From Octopus vulgaris (Eukaryota), in assembly GCA_951406725.2 (NCBI GenBank), contig OX597826.1:60036001-60284000 (forward strand): a stretch of DNA of 248,000 bases, read 5' to 3'. Of this stretch, positions 109,160 to 124,282 are shown one piece after another. Positions within the stretch are counted from its first letter, which is position 1. Each line of letters begins with the position of its first letter. The notes beneath the pieces were generated by a model. It was not told the origin of the DNA and ran no database searches. It saw only the letters and a program-made list of their open reading frames with translations. The position numbers were made by a program, and so were the translations under genes.

Positions 109160-111891
109160 GTATCACTGTAACTATCATTATTACAATCGCTTCCACAACT
109201 TTCTGCCATGAACAATTTCGCCATCGTTTTCATCATCGTTGTGATCATCGTTGTGATCGTCAACACATTCAGCTCTACAAGCACCACAATCACCACCAGC
109301 TCGACGCTTCTTTTACTCTTTTACTGGTTTCTGTCATTTGACTGTGCCCATGCTGGAGCACCGCCTTTAGTCGAGCAAATTGACCCCCAGGATTTATTTC
109401 TTGTAAGCCTAGTACATATTCTATCGGTTCTTTTGCCGAACCACTAGGTTACGGGGACGTAAACACATCAGCACCGGTCGTCAAGCGATGTTGGGGACCA
109501 AACACAGACGCACAAACATATACACACACATGCATATATATATATAGATATACATATATACGACGGGCTTCTTTCAGTTTCCGTCCACCAAATCCACTCA
109601 CGAGGCTAAAGTAGAAGACAGTTGGCCAAGGTGCAACGCAGTAGGACTGAACCGGGAACCATGAGCTTGGTAAGCAAGCTACTTACCACACGGCCACTCC
109701 TACGTCTATAATAATAATAATAATAATAATAATGATGATGATGATGATGATATGACAATAAGTAGTAGTATTAGTAGAAGTAATAGTAGTTGTAGTACCA
109801 GCAGCAGTAGCAATAGTGTGGTGAATGAGACGGAGGAGTTCAATTCAGTGGAAATGTAGCATTCCTTAACATTTCTAATTGTTGATTATGTTTATTAGAG
109901 CTATTACTTTTTTAAGCTTTTGCTCTCTATTTTGTACATCGAGAACATTTCTGCCGTAAATATTTTGCCATAAATGTTTCTCCTACAAATATGATTCAAG
110001 TAAATGCCTGTATTTCGCCGCCGCAGTCAAGTACGACTGATTAAGTGGGCACCGACTATAGCTGACGACAGTATGTAGTAAATTTTTGAGTTGAAATCTG
110101 GTGTATAGTATACAATGTCTTTACAAACAGGTTATACGTTCCGAGAAACTCATCATTGAGATGAAATATATCAAACGTTGCTCCGATAGGAGTCTGAAAC
110201 TTTTGGAACGAATGAAATCACAATCTCCGTTACACGTGGCCTATGCTCTGAGCAACAAATTTTCGCTAAAATGTACAGTGATATCGATATCTACTCGAGA
110301 GTCAGATGTAATAGCCACCAATGGAAATCATTTCGAATTACACATTCCGTTCGTTAAACATTCCATCTCTCATATCAGCAATATGACTGAGTGCTTACAG
110401 AATGACCACATATTTCTAGTAGTTTTCATTCAATATCTTCATAAAATTAAGCTGTCCGCCGACGGGAAATAACATCATTAGGTGAGACAAGCTGACTGAC
110501 GGGTGACGGTCGTTTAGAAAAAGCGCGGGCTAAAACTACGCACCTTCACTAGTCAGTTAAGGTGAGACAGTGTCACGTGATAACTTGGTGGGGCAGCCTG
110601 CTGGAGCCTTGCGACAGGTATTTAAAGGGAGAAATTTGATAAGACAGTCAGTCACCGGCTGACACTCGCTGACGATACATCGAAGAGGCCAGGGAACAGA
110701 AGAAAGGAGAAGAAAGAAGACATGCACCCAACACCAGAGCTGAAGACACCTCCGAAAGGGGGTGGTCCGCCACGTCAAAACGGTAGAGGAGTAGGGGCCG
110801 AAACCGGACGTGTTTCCTCCTGATGATGTCTTGAGCTAACTGGATCCTAAAAAGGAGCTGTTGTGTTAGCAGACCACGAAACGCGGTTGTAATTCATCCT
110901 TATTTATGTTATCGGTTGATAGGAAGTGATTGAAATATTTATCAGAATGTTGATATCATAAATCCATGCCTTTATGTTGTGATGGTTTCATTGGACAACT
111001 TGCAATTCTAAGCAGGGAAATCCCGCGGAGAATAGCTCACGCTGTAACGGTCTCATAGTTATTTTACAGTAGCCATAGAAGCTAGTATTCAAATAATTTT
111101 GTAACTCGTCTGATTACTTACTTAATCTCTTCGCTCTCAAAGGAGCATAGGCTACCGACGACATTTCTCGTTAGTACCGCATGTATAGGCATGTATGGAC
111201 AACGATTAAAACCAAACCCTATCCTGAATCCTACACTCTAACACTAACCCTAAAACCAAACCCTACACTGAAGTCTGAACCTAACCCTAAGCCCGTAAAC
111301 CCTAAAACTAAATCCCAAAACTTAACCCTAACCGTAACTTTAAACACTAATCTTAAACAGCAACCTTATTCCTAAACTTTAATGTACAGTTTGTTTTGGG
111401 AGTTTTTTACAAATATATTTCGTAGAAGATATTTTCCTTTTTAAATTATTTATATGCCTGTCCTATTTCACATGGCTATTCATTAAAACTGTGTTAAAAT
111501 TTCAAATCGTCTAACAACTTTTGTCGTCATAATGATTCGCTTTCATTTTGTTTAATAAAAATTTGTCATACTAATGATTATACTTTCAATTTGTGATAGA
111601 GAACTTTCACGAATAAAATGCCAGCTCCTAAATCTTGTTTTCTGGTTGAATAAAAATTATCACACCTCGGTAAAATTTTTGTAACAGTCTATGGAACAAA
111701 TGAATAAAATATCGGTTTCAGCGTGACATATGATATCAACGTACCAAATTTGAAAATGTTGACTTAATTTTGAAATTTCAAAATCTGTGTCAGCATCAGA
111801 ACATAACCCTTATGCGCACGTGTTCGCATGTATAGAACTAACTAGCTGGCTAGTTTGATAGTTAGCTAGATAGATGGACAGACAGACAGAG

Positions 111892-111926
<35 letters not shown>

Positions 111927-111938
111927 TAGATAGATAGC

Positions 111939-111994
<56 letters not shown>

Positions 111995-114181
111995 CAGAGA
112001 GAGAGAGAGAGAAAATAGATAGATAGATTGATTCATAGATAGACACATATGTTTAAATGCGTGTGTATGTGAATATATACGTGTGTGAGTGTGCGCGCGC
112101 GAGTGTAGCTATATTGTATTTTTGCTAATAGGAAATGAATGCTATCTACCATTGGGGTTTAATCGGCTTTTGATGTTTTCGTTATTTGCAACGAGCCTTA
112201 AGGACATTGCTGATTATGCAGATCTCTACTCAGAAGCATTTCAGTGTTGGTCATCTTATCATCTTTATGGCTGCATATGTCTAGAAGATGCTTGTACGAC
112301 AGGACTAGAGCCCCTTTTGAGGTTCCTTCGCTGGCTCGCATTTGATTGTATTTCGTAAAATGAGTGTAATATTTTCTATTTAGAGTTAGACATTTCGTTC
112401 GTTCTTGTTTACTTTTTTTTCCAGTTTCTCTACTAATCCTATTAATCCACCTATGGCTTCCCTATTGATTTAATCTCTATGCCTACTCTTTAAGGAAACG
112501 CAAAAATCGAAAACCATAGACAGTTTTCAATTTACTATAGCGAAATTCGAAAATATTTACAATCATTTTCGAGTTCCGCTTTAATTTAATATTACGATTT
112601 TAATTGTGAAAACTATGGGTTACGTTATCATTGTCGATTCATTTTATCTAAAAGTAATTAAATTTAAAATATTAGCAGTTAATTACTAATTAGATTCTAG
112701 TTTTTACTTTACGTCTTCTTATAACGAGATATGAGTTTCGATTTGTTATTCTTTTAGTCTTATTCATATATCATTGCTTACCTATCCTACCTCCAGATAT
112801 TATTTTAATAGACGCTCTGCAGTTAGAAATGGTTTATTTTTATATCTGATGAATTTTCCCACTATATTCGGTGTTCGATTGTATTCTACCACGAAACATC
112901 CGCTAGAGACTTACACTTGCGACAAATACTAAGCGACGAGAACATTCGCTGTACATTCGTGAAAATGTCTTCATTTGTTCATTTCAGCTTTTTAAGTTCA
113001 AACGCCATCCAGGTCAACATTTTGCGTCAATGAAATAAAGTAACCTTCCAGTACTGGGATTAATGGTAGCACCTAAAACACCGTCTCTGAAAATTGCTCG
113101 CTTGGACCGGAATGTCTTGCACACATACATTCACATACAAAGGAGTGGCTGTGTGCTAAGTAGATTGTTTACCAACAACATGGTTCCGGGTTCAGTCCCA
113201 CTGCGTGGCACCATGGGCAAGTGTTTTCTACTATAGCCTCGGGCCGAGCAAAGCCTTGTCAGTAGATTTGGTAGACGGAAACTGAAAGAAGCCCGTCGTA
113301 TATATGTATATATATGTTTGTGTGTGTATATGTTTGTGTGTCTGTGTTTGTCCCCCTAGCATTGCTTGACAACCGATGCTGGTGTGTTTATATCCCCGTC
113401 ACCTAGCGGTTCGGCAAAAGAGACCGATAGAATAAGTACTGGGCTTACAAAAAGAATAAGTCCCGGGGTCGAGTTGCTCGATTAAAGGCGGTGCTCCAGC
113501 ATGGCCGCAGTCAAAATGACTGAAACAAGTAAAAAAAAAAAAGAAAAGATATATATGTATACGTATGTGCAGACAAAATCTCACATTTATCCAGACACAC
113601 ACAGACTCTTTCTCACACACACATGTATGTGTGTGTGCACTCCGCCAAGAGAGCGAATATTACGTGTGTTTATATCTTTCTCACAACCACACAATTGCAT
113701 GTATACATGCCCGCGCGTACAAAAACACACTCAGATGCAAACACAAACACACACGTACACTTACACACACGTACACTTACACACACGTACACTTACACAC
113801 ACGTACACTTACACACACGTACAAAGACACTCATATACTCTTTTACTCTTTTACTTATCTCAGTCATTTGACTATGGCCATGCTGGAGCACCGCCTTTAG
113901 TCGAGCTAATCGACCCCAGGACTTATTCTTTGTAAGCCTGGTACTTATTCTATCGGTGTCTTTGCCGAACCGCTAAGTGACCGATGTTGGCGGGGTGGGG
114001 AGAAACAGATACACAAACACACACACACATATACATATACATGGGACGGGCTTCTTTCAGTTTCCCTATACCAAATCCACTCACAAGACTTTGGTCGGTT
114101 CGGTGCCATGCAGTGGGACTGAACCCAGATCCATGTGGTTGGTAAGCAAGCTACTTTCCACACAGCCACTCCTGAGCCTAC

Positions 114182-114231
<50 letters not shown>

Positions 114232-114976
114232 ATATAATACTATAATCACTCAAACCATCTAAACTTCCATATACATTCTTTTTATTAAACACCTAACGAG
114301 GATATTGCGCGAACATATTCCCCTGATGAAAGTGCCATATATTTAAAATCAAAACCTCTCTAAGTACAGTTCCCAGATTTTGGATTTATAGCCCCAACTT
114401 TTCCAGAAATTCTGTACATTTTAATTTTGTTTAAAACCCTGAATAATTTTCGCTTGAAATTTTAACGATTTTGAAATCGCCTATAAAATCCCGTTTTTCT
114501 TTACATCAGCCATAAATTTATATAAAAGAAAGGAAAAAAACATCTTAAATGAAATAACTATATCTTTGTTTACTCTGCCGATAAGACGACTACACTTGTG
114601 TATTTCTGCTTTTACAATCACTTACCGCAGAGAAATACAGTTATGTCCAATTTAAATATGTATATATATAACTATGTGTGTGCGTGTGTGTGTGTGTAAG
114701 TGTGTGTTTTGTTTCCATTTCTGTAGATTCATATATTTCTCTCAAACCCATCAACGATATGTTTGCACGTATGCACGTATGTACAAAGGTTTACACGCCC
114801 GCAGAGACAAGCACATACGCATACACAGACGTACATAATATATTGCAGCTTTAATAAAACTATATATATGTACCCATACGCACACACAGATATACATAAT
114901 ATATTGCAGCTTTAATAAAACCATATATATGTAAGTGTGTGTGTGTGTGTGTATGTATACACACACATACACACAC

Positions 114977-115009
<33 letters not shown>

Positions 115010-116018
115010 CATATGCGTATCATATATGTCATAATATATTCAAAATTCCGATGCAGATTGCTAAGTAGCGAGTTAAGTGCCCGTAAGTATATATATATTG
115101 AGTGTGTGTGTTTGTGTGTGTGTGCATAATATATATATATATATATTCATACACATAGGAGTACATATATGTATATATTTATATAGATATATGTATATAT
115201 ATATATTTATATATATATGTGTATGTGTGTGTGTGCATATATACATATATATATACATATCTATGTGCCAGTATGTGTGTGCATAAGTATGTATCTGTAT
115301 ATAAAGGTGCATAGTGAAAGTCTGAGGATGGGGAGGAGAAGCTGTTAAAAGTAGCCCCAGTAGCCGTACTTGTTAATTAAATTTATCCAATTGCTTGCCT
115401 TGCAGAATACAAAATTGTGTGTTTTAAAGAGGGTCTATTATTGCAATTTCTATCTTGTCTTTATTATAATGGCTGTGTTTGTCTTGCACTTTATATATTT
115501 ATTATGTATTTATATTTGTGTGTTTTTATGAATTGTATGTATGTATGTGCGCTTGTATGTATATTTGTATATACATATATGTTTATATACATATATATAT
115601 CTATAAACATATATATATATATATTCATAATAATACATATGAAATATGTATTATTAGCGTTCATATATGCGTTTCTATATACATATTTCTATGTGTGTAT
115701 GTATTTTTATAATTATATATGTTCTTATTGTAGAGGGATAGGAATAGATAAAGAATGCATTAATATGAGAAGTGATGATGATGGTGGGGAGAATGATGAG
115801 GCTTTTTTAAAATGGCTGCAATATGTTAAAGCGCTATGTTTAAATTCTCACGTCAATGAAAATGTTAACGTTAAGAAGGTTCTTCAGAAAATACAGAAGA
115901 AGCAACTGGGAATCAACGAGTAGAATATATATATCCAAGATAGAAAAGAACGAAAAGAACGAAAAGAAAGAATTGTAGAAATACGTGAAGAGTAAGAGAA
116001 AGGGAAGTGACAAACAGT

Positions 116019-116062
<44 letters not shown>

Positions 116063-116619
116063 CAGAGACAGAGACAGAGACAGAGATAAGGAGGAGAGGG
116101 CGGGAGAGATAGTGGGAGAGAATGGAATAATTATTCGAGGGAATAAATGTATATGAAATGCATGAATATACAATTTGAAGAACTGAAATGATGACATTAA
116201 CATCGACGACTAAGACGACGACGATGACGAAGAAGACGACGACGACGACGACAATGATGATGATGATGATGATGGGGAGGACCTGGAGGAGAAGCAGGAG
116301 GAGGAGGATCAGGAAGATGACGACGGCGAAGTTGATGATTGTGTTAATGATGTCTGTGCTGTTAATGAAAGAGGCTGTTGCGAGTGTGATGACGGTGATA
116401 TCAGTTGCGATGGGTTGTAATAACACAGGAAGATATAGATTGATAGGAAACGCGTATATAGGGTTACCTGCTATCATAAAACGCCCAATCATACTCTGAC
116501 ACTCCGAAACACAAGCCATAATATATCCATAGATATAGAGGGATGCACACTCACTAACTTACTAAATAGTTTATATAATGAGTTCATCTTTTCGTTTCTA
116601 AAACAGGTTTAAAATATGA

Positions 116620-117000
116620 TTTACCAACCACATGGTTCCGGGTTCAGTCCCACTGCGTGGCACCTTGGGCAAGTGTCTTCTACTATAGCCTCGGGCCGAC
116701 CAAAGCCTTGTGAGTGGATTTGGTAGACGGAAACTGAAAGAAGTCCGTTGTATATATATATATATATGTATGCGCGTGTATGTTTGTGTGTCTGTGTTTG
116801 TCCCCCTAGCATTGCTTGACAACCGATGCTGGTGTGTTTATGTCCCCGTCACTTAGCGGTTCGGCAAAAGAGACCCATAGAATAAGTACTGGGCTTACAA
116901 AGAATACGTCCTGGGGTCGAGTTGCTCGATTAAAGGCGGTGATCCAGCATGGCCGCAGTCAAAATGACTGAAACAAGTAAAAAGAGAAAAAGAGAGAGAG
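116620..117000 (+). mobile_element. CORE-type tRNA-derived SINE family B (representative copy)
   Basis: Head ...TGGTTCCGGGTTCAGTCCCACTGCG; CORE-like GCACCTTGGGCAAGTGTCTT; internal (TA)/(TG) linker; tail ...CAGCATGGCCGCAGTCAAATGACTGAAACAAGTAAAAGAG. More than 30 copies, e.g. 12905-13310(-), 25120-25520(-), 30320-30740(+), 69105-69505(+), 96680-97140(-), 98740-99150(-), 102605-102965(+), 154605-155010(-), 169540-169965(-), 179765-180100(-), 208435-208870(+), 223905-224320(-), 232515-232935(+), 236490-236945(-), 240045-240455(+). Confidence 0.9.
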
Positions 117001-120000
117001 AGTAGTTTTGACAAAAAATTTTTAGCAAGGTTCATTAATCACACAAAAACGTTTCCATTAGTTTAGTGTATGTTGAAAGATCAGGAGAGTGCAAAGAAAG
117101 TTAATTTTTGTGCAGCATAGTCAGTAGACTGCGTTGCGATTATATGTCCCCTAGCTTCTAGGTTGCTTCTCAAAATATGCTTTTTTGTCTTATTGCGTTT
117201 ATATGGATGATTTTAAAGGATTTGTTAAAACACAGCTACGATATAAATATTCATTTCTTTGTGACACAATGATGTTTAGTAGAAGGAGAAGGTTCACTCG
117301 AAAACTAGAATAGTTCTTTTATTCATAACACACCTAATATAATCATTCGTCAATTAGACGAAACACGGAATATAAAGCAACTACAATATTATTTCCTACT
117401 CTAGGCACAGAGCCCGAAACTTTTGAGGAGGGGGCCAGTCGATTAAATAGACCCCAGTATGCAACTGGTACTTAATTTATCGGCCCCGGAAGGATGAAAG
117501 GCAAAGCTAACCTCTGCGGAATTTGATCTCAGAACGTAGACAGACGAAATACCTATTTCTTTACAACCCACAAGGGGCTAAACATAGAGTGGACAAACAA
117601 CGACGGAGAAAAGGATTAAGTCGTTTACATCGACCCCAGTGCGTAACTGGTACTTAATTTATCAACCCCGAAATGATGAAAGGCAAAGTCGACCTCGGCG
117701 GAATTTGAACTCACAACGTCACGGCAGACAAAATACCGCTAAGCATTTCGCCCACCGTTCTAACGTTTCTGCCAGCTCGCCGCCTTAAACCAACTACAAT
117801 ATTCATTTCTACTTTGGGTACAAGGCCTGAAAATTTTTTTTCGGGGAGCGGGGTAGTCGAATTGATCGACGTCAGTATGAAACTAATGAAAGCGCAGCAA
117901 CTCCGTTGCAACAGCTCTGAAGATAAAATCGTTGCCAAATCTCGACAATTAAATGAGGAGTTCACCATGTAATTAACTAATCAATTTCGTGCCTTTCACG
118001 CCTTCGAGTAACTGCTGCGTGTGTTATTCTTTACGCTACGGGAGTTTAAAAACCATGTAACCTTAATAAATAATTGCATTAGCAATATTCTACAAACTAC
118101 ATTGAAGTAGTCTAACGTCACCGAGAACATACAACGATGGTGAAAAATACACAGAGGTGTCTCACGTACCTATCAATATATTATAACGCTATTCTTAATC
118201 GATGACACAATCAACGCCTTTCTTCACCGCCAAAATTATGTCTAATTAAATAACAGATACGCTACATGGTATATGCACAACGTAATACCTGTTTGCTACC
118301 GGGAATCATTGTACACTATGATCTATGTCTCCTCAGACAGACAGCTGTTTAGATAACGATCATTCATTCATTTTATATATTTCCCTGGCTAGACGTTTTG
118401 TCTGAAAATGTCTGACAGTTTACATTACAGCTGCGCTCAATCTATTTTTTTCGGAAAAAGAGGAGGCGGGGGTAATATAACTTCCGGACTCTTTCGCATT
118501 TTCTCATATTTTCTATAATTGTCTTAAACTTCAATTACGCCGATACATACTTCTCCTTAAGTTTATAAATTAGCACAATGGATATATATAATATATATAT
118601 ATATATATATAAATACATATATGTATCATAACGAGGGGACAGCTACCATATATATATATATATATATATATAGTTAATCCAAACATGAACAAAGAGAAAA
118701 CACAATAACACGAGGACGTGGAACAAGTATAGTGTTATTTGACGCTCAGGAAAGGAAAGAAAGAATGGGAATTTAACGTTTCGAACGGAGCACTTCGTCA
118801 GAAATATACAAAAAAATGAAAAATCCAAGAATGGGAAGACGGAGAAAGAAAATCGCCAAAGATAGACTCACGGTCACATATTGAAGCGACCGGAAGGGAA
118901 TGGGGGGAAGTTCATTCAAAGACAGTAGAGTGCAAGAGAATGAGGTATGTGTGTGTGGGGGATGTATATATATATATAATAGATACAACATTGCATGATT
119001 TCGGATGCGTCCTTAATTTCTTGTTAGATTCATAGAAAGGAGGTTGCGAGATACACCGTATTTTCGGCAGGGGAGACCTTTCCTTCCAAAAGGAAAGAAA
119101 AACATAGCAGTATGAAAAGAACTGACACCAGTTCAAGCTTGGTACTTCGTCCGTCGAACTCAATAGAAAGAAAGAAAGTGTTAATGTAATCTGGATTTGA
119201 ACTCAGTGCGCACTGAGCCGGGTGATTGTACAAAACGATTTCTTCGATTCTTTCACATATATGTAAGTGTACATATACGTATGTATGTATGTATGTATGT
119301 ATGTATGTATGTATGTATGTATGTATGTATGTATGTATGTATGTATGCATGTATGTATGTATGCATGCATGCATGCAATATTATTAATAAATATCTTAGC
119401 AGACAATAATGGATGAATGAAATTAAATAAAAACAGTTGATAATGATGCCGATATTAGCTTTCATGTTTATGGTTGGGGTGGTTTTGATGATCACGATGA
119501 TGATGATGACGATTACGATGATGATGTGATGATAATTACATTATTTTATTTGCGGGCAATGTTCCAAAGTCGTGTTGGTTTTACAAGGCAGGAATTGAAT
119601 ATTCTTACAAAAAGTGTCGGCGGATTTATGCTATATATGACTGCAAAATTAATCACAATAAAAACTGAGTTAAGATGACATAACAACTTGTAACTATAAC
119701 GATAAAGAAAGACAGAATCATCGGGGAGAACAATAAAACATAAATTGGTAAATTTTACACAAACCTCGAATATACTTAACGCGCGAAAGACAAGGGTTTA
119801 GGACCAATCCTTAGTTCAGTGTCATAAGTCCACGCAGTCTCAGAAATTTTGCCACTCTCACGCACATTTCATTAAAAACCTGGAAAATATTACATCCATT
119901 TTATTCATTCAAACATGTTAATATGTGCTGATAGTGGTACACATTTAGGCGCAAGCTGCACTGACAGTTTGAACGTCTACGTCTGCTGAAGGTTGTATGT

Positions 120001-120614
120001 CTTTATATAATCTAGGTACGCATACATGTTTGTAAATGCGGCTAGGCTCCGTGCGTTAGTATTTGCTCATTAGGACATTGAAGTATTTAACACAGTGACA
120101 AGAATATTTCGTTACAGATTGGTTGGTCAAGTTATGACCCCCTTCTCATGAAACATGCCACAACAGGCTATGTTTATTGTCCCACTGTTTACAATTTTAC
120201 CATTTCGTTACTCGGTCTCTCTCTCTCAATCTACTGCACCCAAAAAAACATATCTAATTAGATTTCACATTGAATATAGTTGGTTAGAGAATTATTATTG
120301 CTGTCGAACAGATTTTCGAAATCAGCAAATGTATTTTGCTTGAAAATCTATATAAATATCCTGCAGAGTGGGTTGTTCGTCGAGGAAGCGGTTGCCTACC
120401 ATACGTTGATAATAGGCAAACACCTTGAAACCTAGGTCCGTGTGTGGTTTCCGCTTCATCGGGGAATTATCTCCCTTTGCAGGATAGAGGACGCCGTGAT
120501 GGTGTCAAGCCTATCTGGCGACGTTGATGTTCGCCTGGTGCTAAATGCAACAGTAACACCCCCACCACCCTGCCCTGTCCCTAGCCATATTCAGATGGCT
120601 TTAGTCCCTTATGT

Positions 120615-120699
<85 letters not shown>

Positions 120700-120707
<8 letters not shown>

Positions 120708-120946
120708 ATATTTCGGAATGGTCATATTGCCAGTTTAGCCAATAAAAACACACGCACTATATATTTGGTGTTATTTTGCTTCAGTGATATTTATTTTTAC
120801 ATTAATCTTAATCTTATTTTGGCCGAAATAAGATTAAGATTAATGTAAAAAATAAATATCACTGAAGCAAAATAACACCAAATATATAGTGCGTGTGTTT
120901 TTATTGGCTAAACTGGCAATATGACCATTCCGAAATATAACAATAT
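120700..120946. repeat. Near-perfect palindrome (about 120-bp arms) adjacent to (TA)n
   Basis: Arms symmetric about GGCCG at 120821-120825; the arm sequence occurs unduplicated at 186170-186290. Confidence 0.92.
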
Positions 120947-121000
120947 CTGTTTCAACACACGACTTCACATAAAAAATCTTGCACAACAAATATTTAAACG

Positions 121001-121034
<34 letters not shown>

Positions 121035-121060
121035 CATACGTATATATACATATCTATATC

Positions 121061-121102
<42 letters not shown>

Positions 121103-121819
121103 CGTACATATATGTATAATATATTATATGTATATATATATATATATATATAGATATATATATATATATACACAGACACAAAAAAAAGAGAAAGAAACAA
121201 TGATATTTGGAGAGTAAAATATGTATACTCTTTTACGTGTTTCAGTCATTTTACTGTGGCTATGCTGGAGCACCGCCTTTAGTAAACACACCAGCATCGG
121301 TATCCAGTGATGTTGGTGGACAAACACTCACACACAAACACACACACACACACATACATATATATACATATATACGACGGGCTTCTTTCAGTTTCGTCTA
121401 CAATATCCACTCACGAGGGTTTGGTCGGCCCGAGGCTATAGTAGAATACACTTGCCCAAGGTGCCACGCAGTGGGACTGAAGATGGAATCATGTGGCTCG
121501 AAGGAAGCTACTTACCACACAGCCAATTTTACACCTATGTATGTACATATATATAAGTATATATTTATGTATACGAGGGTGCTTGAATACCTGTGCTAAA
121601 TGCAATGGCAGGTAACGGTGGGGGAAGTTTTGGTTTAATGGTTATCACTATGGAGACACAATTGACAGGCACATGGTTCGTTTCCCTGAGGTGATTTTGT
121701 TCAGTTTTGTGCGTCTTATGCAGCGCTGTGAATGTATTTAAATCTTAAGCATTTACATCATATTAGACAGGCACAACTATACACACACACAAAAACATAC
121801 ATACATACATACATACATG

Positions 121820-121887
<68 letters not shown>

Positions 121888-121976
121888 CACATATATAATA
121901 TGTTATATAATATAATAAATTACATACGTATATATATTTTTTATTTTTATATGTATATATATATACATACACACAC

Positions 121977-122010
<34 letters not shown>

Positions 122011-122910
122011 ATGTGTGTGTGCTTATGTGTGTGTGCGTGTGTGTGTGTATGTGTGTGTGTGTGGGGGGGGGGTATGTATTCCAATATAAACAAAGGTATT
122101 CCAATACAAACACGTGCGGGACCGATGAGCTTAAAATTATGTTAATTCTACCATTGAAATACGGATTAATTCTTTAAAATATTACAAAATAAAATGTAAA
122201 TGGCTAATCATATATTACGAAAACATTTATATTTAATACCTTATAATATACAATAAGCTTCTTATATTTTAAATCTGCTGAAATTCTGAGTTTTCACATG
122301 TACACGCAGATGCTGACAAATCCAATGCATTGAACGTATTTGTGAAACATCCATAAACTTTTTAATGGCCTCTGACACGGCACATACAAACAAGCGCTTA
122401 CTTAGTAACTTAAATGAAACAACGGATTGATAATAACTACTGAGATCCATAACTAAATAATATTTGCTAATATGCGCATATTCTGCTGTGAAATTTGTTA
122501 AGAAATCGTACCTAGCTTAACTGTAACTATGTTGCTAATTTCTCAGCATTGAAGATTTTTTCTCTTACTGTTAATAACGTTTAAAATCATATGACCAGTT
122601 ATACAATGAAAACATACTGGTACTTTATAAATAATTTCTTTTAAGATTAAGGAGATATGGCTGCGTGGTAAAAAAGTTTGCTTCTCAATCACATAGTTCG
122701 GGTTTCTGTCCCACTGCCTGACAATTTGGACAAGTGCCGTGCATCATAGTCTCAAGCCGATCAGACCCTTGTAAGTGGATTTGATAGGCGGAAACTGAAA
122801 GAAGCTCGTCGTACTTATATATATATATTTATATATATATACATGTCTCTACGAGAGATTTAGAAATTTAGTATTTCTGATATATATATATATGTGTGTG
122901 TGCGTGTGTA

Positions 122911-123015
<105 letters not shown>

Positions 123016-123234
123016 GAAAAAACAAGTCAAATTAGAAAATGCTAAAGTAATTTTATAAAGAACATTTCAGTACCGGTTTCGGTCATTTTGAGACCTTTTC
123101 AACTGTAACGATTAAATAGAAAAATTAAAAGAAAAGATTTTTTAAAGGAATATTTGTATAGTGTTCAAATATAAGTGGCATTCTGCCTTTCTCTGCCTCC
123201 CTTGTTTGCGCTTGTGTGTTCTAGGCCGTTGTGG

Positions 123235-123298
<64 letters not shown>

Positions 123299-123802
123299 TA
123301 CATATATATATATGTATACATATATATATGTATACATATAAAAAAAACAGTAATACAGAGATAAAATACTCAAACTTTTTTAAAATACCTTTTAAAATCA
123401 AGGATATGAGGGTGTGTGGTTAGAAGCTTGTTTCCAAACGACATGGTTCTGGGTTCAGTCCGACTATGTGGCGCCTAGAGCAAGAGTCTTCTACGATAAC
123501 TTCGGGTTGACCAGAACCTTGCCACTAGATTTGATAGACGGAAGCTGAAAGAAGCCCGTCATATATATGCGAGAGTGTGTCTATGTATCTATGTTTTTCA
123601 CGCCACCATCGCCCCACACCCAATATTGGGGTGTTTACGTCCCCATAACTTAGCAGTTGATAAATATAATCGATAGAGTAACAGCTAGGATAACATAGAA
123701 TGAGTTCTGCTCTCGATTTCTTCGACTAAACGCATTAAGGTGGTGCCCCAACATCGCCGCAATCAAATGATTGAAGGAAGCAAAAAAATATACACACACA
123801 CA

Positions 123803-123857
<55 letters not shown>

Positions 123858-123967
123858 AGGACTGGCTGTGTGATAAGTAGTTTGCTTACAATGCACAAGG
123901 TTCTGGGGTCAGTCCCATTGTATGACACCTTGGGCAAGTGATTTCTACTGTAATGAAATTACGACAT

Positions 123968-124230
123968 GCATATGGTGCGTTATAAGAATTTATAGAAAGG
124001 CATCCCATAGAAACTCAACAAATTGTTAAAAGATGGAGAAGGGATGTTAAAATTTGAAAATAATTTTAATGCAGGCACACGATCGTTCCGAACAGCAATA
124101 GTAACATGTAAATAACATGGTAGAACAATTAAAATTAGTCAAATTAAATTGCATTACAAATCACTGTTCTTCTCAGTGCAAGACGAATTATATGATGATG
124201 ATGATGATAATAATAATAATAATAATAAGG

Positions 124231-124282
<52 letters not shown>

